Below are positions 50,043 to 61,535 of a stretch of 64,000 nt of DNA, one piece after another; the first letter of the stretch is position 1; every line of letters starts with the position of its first letter. A model generated the notes under the pieces. It made no database searches. It saw only the letters and a program-made list of their open reading frames with translations, and had not been told where the DNA came from. Where the stretch lies: NCBI GenBank assembly GCA_963772725.1, contig CAVYYI010000003.1:736001-800000 (forward strand), given 5' to 3'. The position numbers and the translations under genes were made by a program. This DNA comes from an uncultured Phycisphaerales bacterium (GTDB lineage: Bacteria; Planctomycetota; Phycisphaerae; Sedimentisphaerales; Anaerobacaceae).

Positions 50043-52593
50043 GTGAACAAACAAGCGCGTGCGAATAAACCAATATATTCCTTTTTGCCAACCGAAGAAA
50101 TAGACGGGCTGGATTCTCTTGTCGAAATCGCTCTGGATATGCGATGGTCGTGGAGTCATTACGCCGACGATGTTTGGCGAAGACTTGACCCGGCGCTGTG
50201 GGACCTGACCCAAAACCTCTGGGTAGTTCTGCAGACTGTCTCGCGGGACAGACTTGAGCAGGTCTTGGCGGACAGCGCCTTCCGTAAAGAAATTGACGGC
50301 CTTGTGCGACACAAGAATCAGACCGCAAAAGCTCCGGCGTGGTTTCAGCAGAATTATCCCAAACCGCCTTTGACATGTGCGGCTTATTTCAGTATGGAAT
50401 TTATGCTGAGTGAGGCACTGCCGATTTATTCCGGCGGGCTTGGTAATGTTGCAGGTGACCAGTTGAAAGCCGCCAGCGATTTGGGCGTACCTGTAATTGG
50501 CATTGGCTTACTCTATCAGCAGGGTTATTTTCGCCAGGTGATTAATAAGGACGGCTCGCAGCAGGCTCTGTTTCCCTATAACGACCCCGGCCAGTTGCCA
50601 ATCACTCCTCTTCGCAAAGCCAATGGTGAGTGGCTGCGCCTGGAAATTGCGCTGCCGGGTTATTCAGTTTGGCTTAGGACATGGCAGGTTCAGGTCGGCA
50701 GGGTCAAACTGTACCTGCTTGATACGAATGACGCAGCGAACTTTCCGGCTCACAGGGGAATTACCAGCGAGCTTTACGGCGGCGGTACGGATTTACGCCT
50801 TAAGCAGGAACTCGTGCTTGGTCTGGGTGGATGGAGGCTGCTGTGTGCGCTCGGTATCCAGCCGGAGGTATGCCACCTCAATGAAGGCCACGCCGCTTTC
50901 GCCGTACTTGAGCGGGCCAGAACTTTTATGGAAGCTACCGGCCAGCCTTTTGAAGTCGCTCTTGCCGCCACACGCGCCGGCAACATCTTCACAACTCATA
51001 CGGCTGTCCCTGCCGGCTTTGACCTTTTCCCGCCCGCACTTATCGAACAATATCTTGGAAAATATGCCAAAAATAGACTGGCCATTTCGATTAACGATTT
51101 GCTTGCTCTCGGCAGGCTGAACCCGAACGATTCTTCGGAACCTTTCAATATGGCTTACCTGGCCATAAGAGGCAGCGAAATGATTAACGGTGTCAGCCGC
51201 CTGCACGGCAAGGTCAGCCGCCAAATTTTTCAATCCCTATTTCCACGCTGGCCTCAGGACGATGTCCCCGTCGGACATATTACAAATGGTGTCCACATGC
51301 CCACGTGGGATTCCGCCGAGGCTGATGAACTCTGGACTAATGCCTGCGGAAAAAAACGCTGGCTCGGAACTATGGAAACCGTCGAAAAAGACATCCGCTG
51401 TGTCTCCGATTCTCGCCTCTGGAAATTTCGCAATGACGCCCGAAAATCTCTCATCGACTTTACCCGCGAACGATTGTCCCGGCAGCTTGCGGAGACGGGC
51501 TTATCGTCTGAGGCTGTTGAACAGGCAAAGCATCTGCTCGACCCAAACGCCTTAACTCTCGGGTTTGCGCGCCGCTTTGCCACTTACAAAAGACCCAATC
51601 TCCTGCTGCATAATCCGCAGAGGCTGCTTAAACTGCTGACCAATTCTAATCGCCCAGTTCAAATCATTATAGCAGGTAAAGCGCATCCAGCGGATAAGGC
51701 CGGCCAAGCCCTGATTCAGGAATGGTCTAATTTTATCAGGCGCTCTGATGTGCGCCCGCATGCCGTTTTCCTCAGTGATTACGATATGCACTTGACCGAA
51801 CATCTCGTTCAGGGCGTCGATGTATGGTTAAACACTCCCCGGCGACCTTGGGAGGCCAGCGGTACAAGCGGGATGAAAGTCCTCGTCAATGGCGGCATCA
51901 ATGTCTCCGAGCTCGAACGGCTGGTGGGCAGAAGCCTACAAACCCGAGCTTGGCTGGGCAATTGGCGATGGTCAGGAACACGATGAAGACCTCGAATGGG
52001 ACGCCGCAGAAGCCGAGAGTTTATACAACCTCCTTGAAAATGAGCTGATACCGGAATTTTATTCCCGTAACGGCAACGGAATTCCCAAAGCCTGGGTATC
52101 GCGTATCCGTGAAAGTATGGCTTTGCTTACGCCGCGTTTTTCCGCCAATAGAACCGTCCGAGAATATACCGAACATCGCTATCTGCCCGCCGCCAAAGCT
52201 TACCTGCACCGTGCTGCCGATAAAGCAGCCGCAGCCAAACAAATCGTCGATTGGCAGAAAATTATTAAAGAGAACTGGGCCGCTGTGCGTTTTGACGAAG
52301 TAAAAATCAAAACCGAAAATGAAAAGTACCTCTTTGAGGTAAAAGTAAGTCTCGGCAATATCAATGCCGATTGGGTGGAAGTCGAACTTTACGCCAATGG
52401 AATCAACGGCCAATCCCCCGTTCGCCAGAAAATGATGCGAGTCCGCCAGCCCGTAACTACAAACGGTGAGCATACTTACGTCGCTTCAGTATCTGCGGCC
52501 CGACCAGCAGACGACTATACTCCTCGGCTTATACCGCACCACAATGGGGCCGCCGTTCCTTTGGAAGCCTCTGAAATATTATGGCAAAAATAA
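50043..52593 (+). CDS. glgP: Alpha-glucan phosphorylase, frameshift near 51916
   Basis: YSGGLG..AGD, HLNEGH, FARRFATYKR, EASGTSGMK; continues as DGWWAEA. Confidence 0.93.
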
Positions 52594-52848
52594 CTTGTGT
52601 TGCTTATTAGCACATCTGTATGTTGACTTTTGTAAACATTGCCCTAAACTCTTATGTTTTTTAACATAAGGAAAATCCTTAGTGTAAAGATAGTCAGATT
52701 TATCGGAATCGGCGTTGCAAAAAAACAACGTGCCGACAAAATACAATCGTTCCTTTTTTACGAAAAAAAATCTTCTGAAAATCTTAACTATTCCTTTTTA
52801 AGGTTGTTAGGAAAAAATATGACCATAATTTTTGTTATTGATTTCAAC

Positions 52849-52864
52849 TGGCATAATCTTTGCT
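52849..52864 (+). promoter_or_regulatory. Sigma-54 (-24/-12) promoter
   Basis: TGGCATAATCTTTGCT (GG-N10-GC). Confidence 0.7.
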
Positions 52865-52976
52865 CCTTACTTTTCCATAAGCCCAAAAAGGCATAGGATT
52901 TTGGGCGGACGTCCTTAAAAAAACTTTTTGGAGGAGGATATGTCCGCCCGATTTCGATTATATTCAGAGTCTTAAA

Positions 52977-53986
52977 ACCTGAACTTTGTTTAAGCTGTGA
53001 TGCAAAGAAATTCTCTAGGCTGGTAGCTGACGTTTTCGATTTTGAGCGAAGGCTTTTTCGGCAGTCTCGTATAGGCTATAAGGCCGGCTATCAAATGTGC
53101 CAGAAAGTTGATCGGGCTGCGGTGACGTGAATGTTCGATCTGACAGACATTTTTGAGTGTGTCATTGACCGTTTCAATCAATGAACGCTTTCGCAGCAGG
53201 ATTTTATCCTCCAACTCCATCAAACGGCATTTCATATTTGCATGCATATTGGTTACCAGCTTAATTCCCTTGGCCAACAGTTTTTCAAACAGGCTCTGGC
53301 TGATGTAACCCTTGTCGCCAAATAGCTTTCCGAACAGGCCGTCGGCCATTGTCTCCACCGTGCTGCGATCATCGACATTACCTGCTGTCAGGCGGCAGCC
53401 CAATAAACCGCCGCGGTCATTAATGATCAGATGCAATTTAAAGCCAAAAAACCAGCCCATCGTTGTTTTACCTATTTGAGCAAGCCCGTCGAAAACACGG
53501 TTGCGGCTGATGCGTTTATTATGACAGACTTTAAGTGCGGTGCTGTCAATAAAAGAAATACCCGTGGGCTCATCCATGCCATCGGTTTGCAAATATACAA
53601 GCAGCGGGATTATTGCCCTTGGTATCAGATAAACAAAGCGGTCGTAGCTGACCATATCGGGAAAATCATGGCGGTGATGGGCAAGAAGGTAGTGATAGAA
53701 ATCCTTGAAAGTGCGATAGCCGCTGGTTTGGAAGGCAATAAGAATAGTCATGATCTCGCTGGTACTTAAGTTGCCTTGCCTGTTGCGTTTACGTGTTCCA
53801 TCTTCTATGAGGTGCTTTACATACATTTTTTCAAAAGCTTTCCAACAATCATCGACATTCACAAATAATGTGGTAAAATCCGCTGTCATACGGCCTCCTT
53901 GCCTGCTTGGTTAATAATATTTACAAAACTATTATTTCCATCGGCAGGTTGGCCGTTTTTCTTGTATCCTTATCCAAAGTTCAGGT
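52977..53986 (-). mobile_element. IS982-family element
   Basis: 18-bp IR ACCTGAACTTTGnnTAAG; TTAAA directly repeated on both flanks. Confidence 0.92.
52990..53889 (-). CDS. IS982 transposase
   Basis: FIDST, GWFFGFKLHL, GDKGYIS, RSLIETVN. Confidence 0.95.
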   Translation of the reverse strand: MTADFTTLFVNVDDCWKAFEKMYVKHLIEDGTRKRNRQGNLSTSEIMTILIAFQTSGYRTFKDFYHYLLAHHRHDFPDMVSYDRFVYLIPRAIIPLLVYLQTDGMDEPTGISFIDSTALKVCHNKRISRNRVFDGLAQIGKTTMGWFFGFKLHLIINDRGGLLGCRLTAGNVDDRSTVETMADGLFGKLFGDKGYISQSLFEKLLAKGIKLVTNMHANMKCRLMELEDKILLRKRSLIETVNDTLKNVCQIEHSRHRSPINFLAHLIAGLIAYTRLPKKPSLKIENVSYQPREFLCITA

Positions 53987-54008
53987 TTAAAGGATTCTGT
54001 TTTTCGAT

Positions 54009-54054
54009 AAGAAACGGGATTGTTCCGGAGGAGGACAATCCCGCTTTCTTTTTT
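54009..54054 (+). terminator. Intrinsic terminator with CGGAGGA loop
   Basis: CGGGATTGTTC-CGGAGGA-GGACAATCCCG followed by CTTTCTTTTTT. Confidence 0.75.
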
Positions 54055-54120
54055 ACACCTCACTGTTTCGCCTAAATTTCACTATTCGCTGCCGCTTCAG
54101 TGAGTTATAATCGTATTCAA

Positions 54121-55185
54121 ATGGAAAAAGCCCTTTACAGAATTATCGACGCCAATTTCAATCGCGCCCGCGAGGCCTGCCGGGTGATGGAGGAATTCTG
54201 TCGATTCGTTCTGAATTCCGCATCGTTAACCGAACGAGCCAAGCAGCTAAGGCACCGGCTCTCCGCCGCCATCGCCCGCCTCGATAACAGGAGGCTGATA
54301 GCGAGCAGAGATACCACCGGCGATGTCGGTGTGGGCCAGAAAGTCGATAACCAGCTTCACAGAACCGACCTGAAAGATTGCCTCATTGCCGCCTGCAAAC
54401 GTCTTACCGAGGCACTACGCACTCTCGCCGAACTTGTGCAGAGTCTGAACCCGCCGGTGGCCGAAGAAATTGAAAAACTGCGATACTGCGCCTATACCCT
54501 CGAAAAAGACATTATTATTTTCAGCGATACCACCGAAAAATTCAAGGCGGTGGAGCTTTATATTGTTATAACAAGTTCTTTGCCCGCGGAGGTACTTTCT
54601 TTAACAAACTACTGCATCGGCGGCGGTGCGGATTGTATTCAGTTGCGGGCAAAAAATATTGCTGATGACGGCCTTTTTGCCCTGGCAGGAGAATTTGTGA
54701 AAAGCTGCAAAGAAGGCAATGTGATAAGCATAATAAATGACCGTGTTGATATTGCTGTGGCGGCTGATGCTGATGGTGTGCATCTGGGGCAAAATGATTT
54801 GCCTGTCGAGCAGGCGAGGAGGCTTGAGGGGAGGCCGTTGATTATAGGCAAAAGTACACATTCTCCAGAGCAGTTACGCTTAGCGTGTCTTGAAAATCCG
54901 ACTTACGTTGCCTTAGGTCCTGTTTTTACCACAGATACTAAACCCACAGCCCCCTCTGTCGGCCTCGAATATGTTACCCAAGCCTCAAAAATAATATCGC
55001 AAACAGGCATCGCCGGCGTCGCCATAGGCGGGATTAACCTTAACAATATCGAAACCGTGCTTCAGGCCGGCGCACAAAAAATTGCTGTCTGTTCCGCGGT
55101 TACCATGTCTCCCAATCCGATGGAAATGTGCCGAAAACTTAAGAAAAAAATTGTGGATTTCAGGTCATCTCAAAGGTCGTTATAA
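54121..55185 (+). CDS. thiE: Thiamine-phosphate synthase with ThiD2-type N-terminal domain
   Basis: RIIDANFNRARE..RV.EE; QLRAK, INDRVDIA, GVHLGQ.D, STH, AIGGI. Confidence 0.93.
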   Translation: MEKALYRIIDANFNRAREACRVMEEFCRFVLNSASLTERAKQLRHRLSAAIARLDNRRLIASRDTTGDVGVGQKVDNQLHRTDLKDCLIAACKRLTEALRTLAELVQSLNPPVAEEIEKLRYCAYTLEKDIIIFSDTTEKFKAVELYIVITSSLPAEVLSLTNYCIGGGADCIQLRAKNIADDGLFALAGEFVKSCKEGNVISIINDRVDIAVAADADGVHLGQNDLPVEQARRLEGRPLIIGKSTHSPEQLRLACLENPTYVALGPVFTTDTKPTAPSVGLEYVTQASKIISQTGIAGVAIGGINLNNIETVLQAGAQKIAVCSAVTMSPNPMEMCRKLKKKIVDFRSSQRSL

Positions 55186-55220
55186 TCGCTGCAATCCCAA
55201 AATAGTGAAAAGAAATAAAA

Positions 55221-56357
55221 ATGCGAAGTATTGCGAAATTGATGTTGATCATTACATTCTTGTTTTTGCAAAGCAGTTACGCTGTAGAAAAAGAGGTCAT
55301 AGCGTATATAGGCTGCCGACCTATTACAAATATTGAGGTTTTTAAGAGTCTTGCTATTACTTTTAGTCCTAACTATGAATGTAAGCCATCCCATATAAAA
55401 TTTGAAATCGAAGATATGGTGCCAATTATTCTATTTAAGCAGTATGCAGCTAAAAACGGCATTAAAATTACAAGACAGGAGGTAGAGGATGCGATTGCAA
55501 AAGAGGCAAATTCACGAGGTATAATCTTCGATCAGTCAATTCAACAAAAAGGAGTCTGGAAAGCACATGAAGATTTAGCGAATGCAAAAAAGGAATATCA
55601 AAATATCTTAAATAATAAAGTTGTCGAACATTTCAATCCTGATGTGCGAGATGTGAATGAAGGTGATATTCAGAAATATGTAGAAAATTATAAAAGACAG
55701 TATTCTTATTCTGGCTGGAGGGGAAGTTCTGAAGCGATCCGTTATAAATATATTGGCGTACGTGCGGAGACCCTTGCAAAAAATAATTCTTTGCGGAAAG
55801 AACTCGACAAGATCAAAAAAAGAATCAACGATGGCGAAAGTTTTGCAACTGTGACCAAAGATTATTCTGATAAGCAAGACTACGTCATTGGGACTGAATT
55901 AAGCGGGTGGATGGGTGTCGGCAAACATAAAAGAGGAGATTGGGGTGACTGCTTAACTCCAAAGTACTGGATAAGTGTCAGCGATTACAAAAAAGAAGGT
56001 TGGGATGCTTTAACTCCATGGAGTGCGCTTAAAGGCAAAGCCGTTTTGGCTAATGTTAGAGAATCTGGCGAAGCAGTATTGCTGATTGAAGATTATCAGC
56101 CGGATAGGCACAATACGCACATGAAAATTGAAGATGCATTGAACGATAAGGATTTTCGTAATGTTATTATAGAGGAAGCACGAAAATATAAGTTTAACAA
56201 TGAGTGCAGCTATCTTACCGAAAAACTTAAGATGAATGCTGGGGGCATCAGGTATAGAGGCGACAAAAAAGAGATATTCCAGAGGATGGCAAATCAATAC
56301 AAGCAGTACAGGCTTGAAATCCACAAGAATGATTCGAATTCTAATGACCAACATTAA
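55221..56357 (+). CDS. Exported hypothetical protein, weakly SurA/PrsA foldase-like
   Basis: Signal peptide; A...GI.IT..EV; GESFATVTKDYSD. Confidence 0.55.
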   Translation: MRSIAKLMLIITFLFLQSSYAVEKEVIAYIGCRPITNIEVFKSLAITFSPNYECKPSHIKFEIEDMVPIILFKQYAAKNGIKITRQEVEDAIAKEANSRGIIFDQSIQQKGVWKAHEDLANAKKEYQNILNNKVVEHFNPDVRDVNEGDIQKYVENYKRQYSYSGWRGSSEAIRYKYIGVRAETLAKNNSLRKELDKIKKRINDGESFATVTKDYSDKQDYVIGTELSGWMGVGKHKRGDWGDCLTPKYWISVSDYKKEGWDALTPWSALKGKAVLANVRESGEAVLLIEDYQPDRHNTHMKIEDALNDKDFRNVIIEEARKYKFNNECSYLTEKLKMNAGGIRYRGDKKEIFQRMANQYKQYRLEIHKNDSNSNDQH

Positions 56358-56447
56358 GAGCAACGGTAAAGAATAATCAGATTTGAGTTTTGAGTTCGCA
56401 GCGGCGAATTTGCGATTTTGAGTTATGGAAAGAGTGGTAAAGTTTAA

Positions 56448-57449
56448 ATGAAAAAAGAAAATGAACAGTCAAGTATAGTTCTTTATACTACTGATGACGG
56501 GCAGGCGAAGCTGCAGGTCAGAGTGGAAAATGAGACGGTTTGGCTGACACAGGAGCAGATGGCGGAGTTATTTGATAAAGGCCGAACCACGATTACTGAA
56601 CATATTCAAAATGCCTTTAAGGAAGGCGAACTGGATGAAAATTCAGTATGTCGGGAATTCCGACGAACTGGTTCTGACGGGAAAGATTACAGCGTAAAGC
56701 ATTATAATCTTGATGTTATTATATCGGTGGGGTATCGGGTTAATTCATTGCGGGGAACGCAGTTTCGGATATGGGCGACGCAGCGTCTGAGGGAATATAT
56801 TATCAAGGGGTTTACGCTTGATGATGAGCGGTTGAAGCAGCAGGGTGGGAGGAGTCGGTATTTTGAAGAACTGCTTGAACGGATTCGGGATATACGGAGC
56901 AGCGAGCGGAATTTTTATCAGAAGGTAACGGATATTTATTCTACGGCGATTGATTATCGCAAGGATGATGAGGTGACGCAGGAATTTTTCGCCACGGTGC
57001 AGAACAAGATACATTATGCTGTTCACGGCCATACGGCAGCGGAGGTAATTGCTAAAAGAGCTGACAGTAAGAAACCTTTGATGGGGCTTACCAGTTTTAA
57101 GGGTAATTATGTTACGGCCAATGATATTACGGTTGCTAAAAACTATCTGACGGAGGATGAGCTTAAGCAGTTAAATCTGATTGTTTCGATGTATCTGGAT
57201 TTTGCCGAGCTTCAGGCGGGCAGAGGCAGGTTGATGAAAATGAAGGACTAGATTGGCAAGCTCGATGAATTTTTAAAAATCAGCGAACGGGGGCTTCTTA
57301 AAGATGCCGGTAAGGTAAGCGCGGAACAGGCGGCCTCAAAAGCGCAGAAGGAATTTGAGAAGTATAAGAAGGAAAGGGATAAAAATTATATCTCTGATTT
57401 TGATATGGCTGTGAAAAAGTATCTGCGAAAAGGCAAAGAAAAAAATTGA
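56448..57449 (+). pseudogene. rhuM: RhuM-family protein with in-frame TAG at 57249-57251
   Basis: TVWLTQEQMAELF, YNLDVIISVGYRVNS.RGTQFRIWAT, AKNYL; the frame continues past the stop (IGKLDEFL..AGKVS..SDFD) to TGA at 57449. Confidence 0.85.
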
Positions 57450-57459
57450 GTTGTAAATA

Positions 57460-58946
57460 GTCGTCCCTGAAAAAGTAGATTTCAGTTTCAGGCGGCATAT
57501 GTAAGCTGGGCAAATTCTGCCGACAGCCCCAAATTTTGAATAAACCGGCAAAGCCAAAAAATAATTTTCCGCAGCAACTTGCGGATATTAAACCCGCAAG
57601 CGCTCAATATCGCATTAACCTTATCGCCTTCGACGCCCTTGAGGTAGTTTCTGTCCAGACCGTTATCAGATTTACAATGTCCTATCACAGGCTCAATCAT
57701 ACTTCGCCTGCTGTACCACTTTCGAATACTTCTCGGCAGCTTTCGCCAGCCCCTTTTGACGATATGAACCTCCGCAATATCTCCACAGCCATGACCTTTG
57801 TACCCATCATCAACATAAACATCTTCAAAACCTTTTTTATCCAGCAGTTTCATCGTCTGGGAGAGTGTATCTTTTAACGTATGTCCATCATATGGATTCC
57901 CTTCAAAAGCAACCGCTGCGACTACAAAGGCGTTTTGAGCGGGAGACGCCAGTGCCACCTTACAGCCAAACTCATACTTCTTGTGTGCCTTGCCCTTGCT
58001 TATGCAGTTAACCTCCGGCGCGTGAATACTGTATAGCTTGTTACTGCTGTCCCGTTTCTGGGATAATAACCTCCTGGACATATCGAGCAATTCTGAAAAC
58101 TCCTGCTGCAATTGAGGCTTCTGCAATATCTTACGCTCTATATCCCTTGTAACTCTTCCCAGACAGGTCTTTAGTTTCCTTAATTGCTTATCCGCTTTTT
58201 TGAACTGCCTGGCGTGTGAAAATCTGTGCTGCATAACAAAAGCCCTTTTGGCTACCCTCTGATAACTCTGCCGAAGTTCTATGTCATTATCCTGTGCCTT
58301 TTTGACAAGCTTTACTCTCATCTTATGATAAAGACGTGCATCGGTCGGAAAGGCTGTCGCCTTTTCCTGCACCGTTGTATCGACTACTATCTTTTTTAAC
58401 TGATGCGGTTTAACTGTGCCGGTTTTAAGGCCTGCGCTTATGGTCTGCTCAAGCAGCTTTTCCATACCAGCGTCCTTAATCCGGTTACGCCATTTGGTCA
58501 TACTGGTTGGGTCAATCGGAAATTCATGCTGAAAATATTGCTCTCCGCAAAAATACTGCCAGTAAGGATTCTCTATCCATCTCTCAACTACAGACTCATC
58601 GCTGAGATTATATGCGCTTTTGAGATAATGAAGTCCTGCCATAAGGCGGGTGGGTTTGGCTGGTCTGCCGAAGCCCGGATCATAGAGTTTACCGAAGGCG
58701 GCATCAAACTCTGACCAGATGATGATATTTGCCAGTTTATATAAAGGATGCTGCTCGTTTAGTATCTGCTCCAGCTTCGAGGTGAATAACATTGACTGGG
58801 AATTGCTTTGTTGTTTAGGCTGCATAAAAACCTCCATGTTTTGCAAGGAAATTAATAATAAATATCATTTCCTTGCAATTTAGCGCCAGATTTTTAAATT
58901 GCAAGCCTTTATATACAAAAAAGTTAAATTATTTTTCAGGGACGAC
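57460..58946 (-). mobile_element. IS5-family element, copy 2 (inverted)
   Basis: Same IRs as copy 1; target duplication TAAATA (57454-57459 and 58947-58952). Confidence 0.95.
57488..58825 (-). CDS. IS5-family transposase
   Basis: Protein identical to copy 1. Confidence 0.95.
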   Translation of the reverse strand: MQPKQQSNSQSMLFTSKLEQILNEQHPLYKLANIIIWSEFDAAFGKLYDPGFGRPAKPTRLMAGLHYLKSAYNLSDESVVERWIENPYWQYFCGEQYFQHEFPIDPTSMTKWRNRIKDAGMEKLLEQTISAGLKTGTVKPHQLKKIVVDTTVQEKATAFPTDARLYHKMRVKLVKKAQDNDIELRQSYQRVAKRAFVMQHRFSHARQFKKADKQLRKLKTCLGRVTRDIERKILQKPQLQQEFSELLDMSRRLLSQKRDSSNKLYSIHAPEVNCISKGKAHKKYEFGCKVALASPAQNAFVVAAVAFEGNPYDGHTLKDTLSQTMKLLDKKGFEDVYVDDGYKGHGCGDIAEVHIVKRGWRKLPRSIRKWYSRRSMIEPVIGHCKSDNGLDRNYLKGVEGDKVNAILSACGFNIRKLLRKIIFWLCRFIQNLGLSAEFAQLTYAA

Positions 58947-59047
58947 TAAATAAATAGTTGTGCGTATTGCGTATATGGATTTTATCCCTTAGTAATCCGC
59001 CTGCGGCGGATGGGTTGGTAATGAAAAACGTGAGATTAAAAAGAGTT

Positions 59048-60870
59048 TTACGGGCTTTTTTTGTTTTTTTCTATCTCGGCAAGTATCAATTCGAGATTTT
59101 CTTTGGCGTGAGGAAAATTCGGGTCTAATTTAAGCACCTGCTGAAAGTTTGCGGCTGCCTGCTCAAGCTCGCCCTTTCGGGTCAAAACAAAAGCGATATT
59201 ATTATACGCTTCCGCCAGGCGCGGGGCGATTTTAATCGCCGCTTTGAACTGCGCTACCGCCTCGTCATATCTGCCCAGATTATTCAGCACGACACCAATA
59301 TTATTATATGCTTGCGGATAATCAGGTCTGATACGTAAGGCCTCTTTATACTCCTTGACGGCCTGCTCATATTTTCCCTGAGCTGATAAACCCTCGGCGA
59401 GATTGAAATGAGCCATCTCCGAATTGTTATCGAGTTTGACCGCCGCAGAAAGATTCTCAACCGCTTCATTAAATTTTTTCTGCCCTGCCAGAGTTATGCC
59501 TAAACCGATATAACCCGACACAAATTTATGATTTGCCTCTATCGCCTTTGCGAAATGTCGGGCGGCAAGATTATAATCGTGCTTCACATACGCCGCATCA
59601 CCAAGACAGGCGTGCGCCATAAAGTTTTCATCGCCGGTAACGGCCAATGAATGTGTGAAAAGTTTTACCGCATCTTTCCAGCAGCTCGTCTGTATATAAG
59701 CGCAAAAACCCAGTACCAAAACAGCCGCCGCTCCCGAGACTGTCAATACATACTTTCCGTATAGCCATTTCCTGAACAACTCCGGCAAACCCCACGCGAT
59801 AACAATAAACAATCCCGTCAGGGTGACATAAGTGTACCTGTCGGCAATCGCCTGTTCGCCCACCTGAACAAGTCCTATCACAGGCAGCAGCGTAACAAGA
59901 TACCAGAACCAGCCCGTCAGCAGATATTTATGCCTTTGCGCAAGATAAATAATACCCGCCGATACAACCACAATAAGTGCCGCCGAAAATACGATATTCC
60001 ATATCGGAATATTATACCCCGGATGAGGATAGAAAATCGATAGCCGCACAGGCCAAATCATTTTATAAATATACGCCGTATATGAAGTCACGCAGTTCGC
60101 CAGGCGCACCCACAGAGGAAGTCCGCTGATTTCCGATACCGAGCCTCCTCGCTGCTGCACTATAAATGTAATCACGCTCGAAACCGCCGATAAAGCGAAA
60201 AAAGAAATCTTTTCAACGATAAGCTTAGGCAGCATTTTCTTCTGGCGCCCAAAATCGAATCGCTCCAGCGGCCAATAGTCCAGCAGCAGCAATATAACAG
60301 GCAGCGTAACAAGCATGGGTTTTGCCATCAACCCAAGCGCAAAAGCATAATCGTTACGATATACAGTGAGGCCTTTGGTTTCCTCGCGTAGCCGACATAC
60401 GCAAGCATCGTAAGCATCCAGAACAATGTGCTAAGAACGTCTTTTCGCTCAGTTATCCAGGCGACAGATTCGATATGCAGCGGATGAATCGCGAATAACG
60501 CCGCGACAAACGCGCATCGCCATATCACCCCGGTCATCTTGTAAAGAACCGTAAAAAGCAGCAGCGTATTTGCGACGTGGAGCAGCAGGTTGATAAGGTG
60601 ACTGGCCCCCGGGTTTAGCCCGAAAAGCTGACAATCCAGCATAAGCGATAGCCACGTCAGCGGATGCCAGTTCGCCGAAAAGCCCGTTGTAAACGCCCAC
60701 CCTATGCTCTTTGCTGTCAGCCCAGCCTGCACATTATGGTTTTTCGAGATGTAATCCGGGTCATCGTAATTGATAAAGCCGGAATTACGTACTTGCCCGA
60801 ACACTGCCAGCATAGCTAATGTTAAAACAAGATAAACCGCGGGAACCGAATATTTTTCAAATTTAATCAT
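59048..60870 (-). CDS. TMTC/PMT-like membrane protein with C-terminal TPRs, frameshift near 60340
   Basis: YDDPDY, WHPLTWLS, HPLHIESVAW.TERKD, ADRYTY, several TPRs. Confidence 0.88.
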
Positions 60871-61030
60871 CTACTGATAAATCTAATTCATTTTGTCCCG
60901 CCCTGTCAAGGCTGTAACTGCCGCAGGCGGATTTTTGCGGAATGCTGCGAAATTTATACCTTGCATAAAAAAACAGAATGGCTAAAATATTTTATGTCTG
61001 TGTAATTAAATAAAAAATGGAGGTACGCAA

Positions 61031-61285
61031 ATGCAGGAAGAAATGATTGGAAAAGTATCAGATTTTTTTGCCAGACCCGTGGTGGCCGCCATTGAGCTTA
61101 CCGCCCCTCTGAAAATCGGCGATAAAATTCACATTAAGGGCGCCCATACCGACATCGAGGTAGTTGTCGGTTCGATGCAGATTAACAATGCCAATGTTGA
61201 CCAGGCTAATCCCGGCGACCCTGTCGGCATCAAAATCACTGACCGCGCAAGAAAAGGCGATTTTGTTTATAAAGTTATCGGCTAA
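61031..61285 (+). CDS. Small EF-Tu domain II-like beta-barrel protein
   Basis: IGKVSDFF...VAAIEL..LKIGD.I.IKG...V.SMQI..VGIK..R.GD.VY. Confidence 0.8.
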   Translation: MQEEMIGKVSDFFARPVVAAIELTAPLKIGDKIHIKGAHTDIEVVVGSMQINNANVDQANPGDPVGIKITDRARKGDFVYKVIG

Positions 61286-61535
61286 CTTCCCGCGCAGCCG
61301 GCATTCGCAAGACAAATTCAGCCCGCCGGTCGTAAACCTGTATCACGGCTATAGTACCGTACTAATCGTTCCGCAGCGAGGTATGGTTTTCACAGTTCTT
61401 CTGCACTTATTCATCTTGTTTTGTATTTTCTTTTATTATAATCTGTTTCGTTTGTTACGTCATAGCCTTGGCTAAGACGGATCGTGCTTTGGAATTAGTA
61501 CTTTACTTATCCCGGTTTAACATATCTATCTTTAA

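Larger units (their letters stand above)
52875..54054 (+). ncRNA. Candidate ~165-nt GGA-rich sRNA interrupted by IS982
   Basis: Lies between the sigma-54 promoter and a terminator hairpin; several hairpins carry GGA/GGAGGA. Confidence 0.45.

Noticed and set aside
54055..54120. TPP riboswitch before thiE
   Set aside because: No CUGAGA-containing THI-box, and the leader is too short.
57249..57251. Amber recoding (pyrrolysine or alternative code)
   Set aside because: TAG terminates other genes here normally, and this position is probably Trp, so one substitution explains it.
15925..60870. Programmed frameshifting or mass pseudogenisation
   Set aside because: Breaks hit otherwise intact genes, lack slippery heptamers and cluster at GCGC, so sequencing error is more likely.
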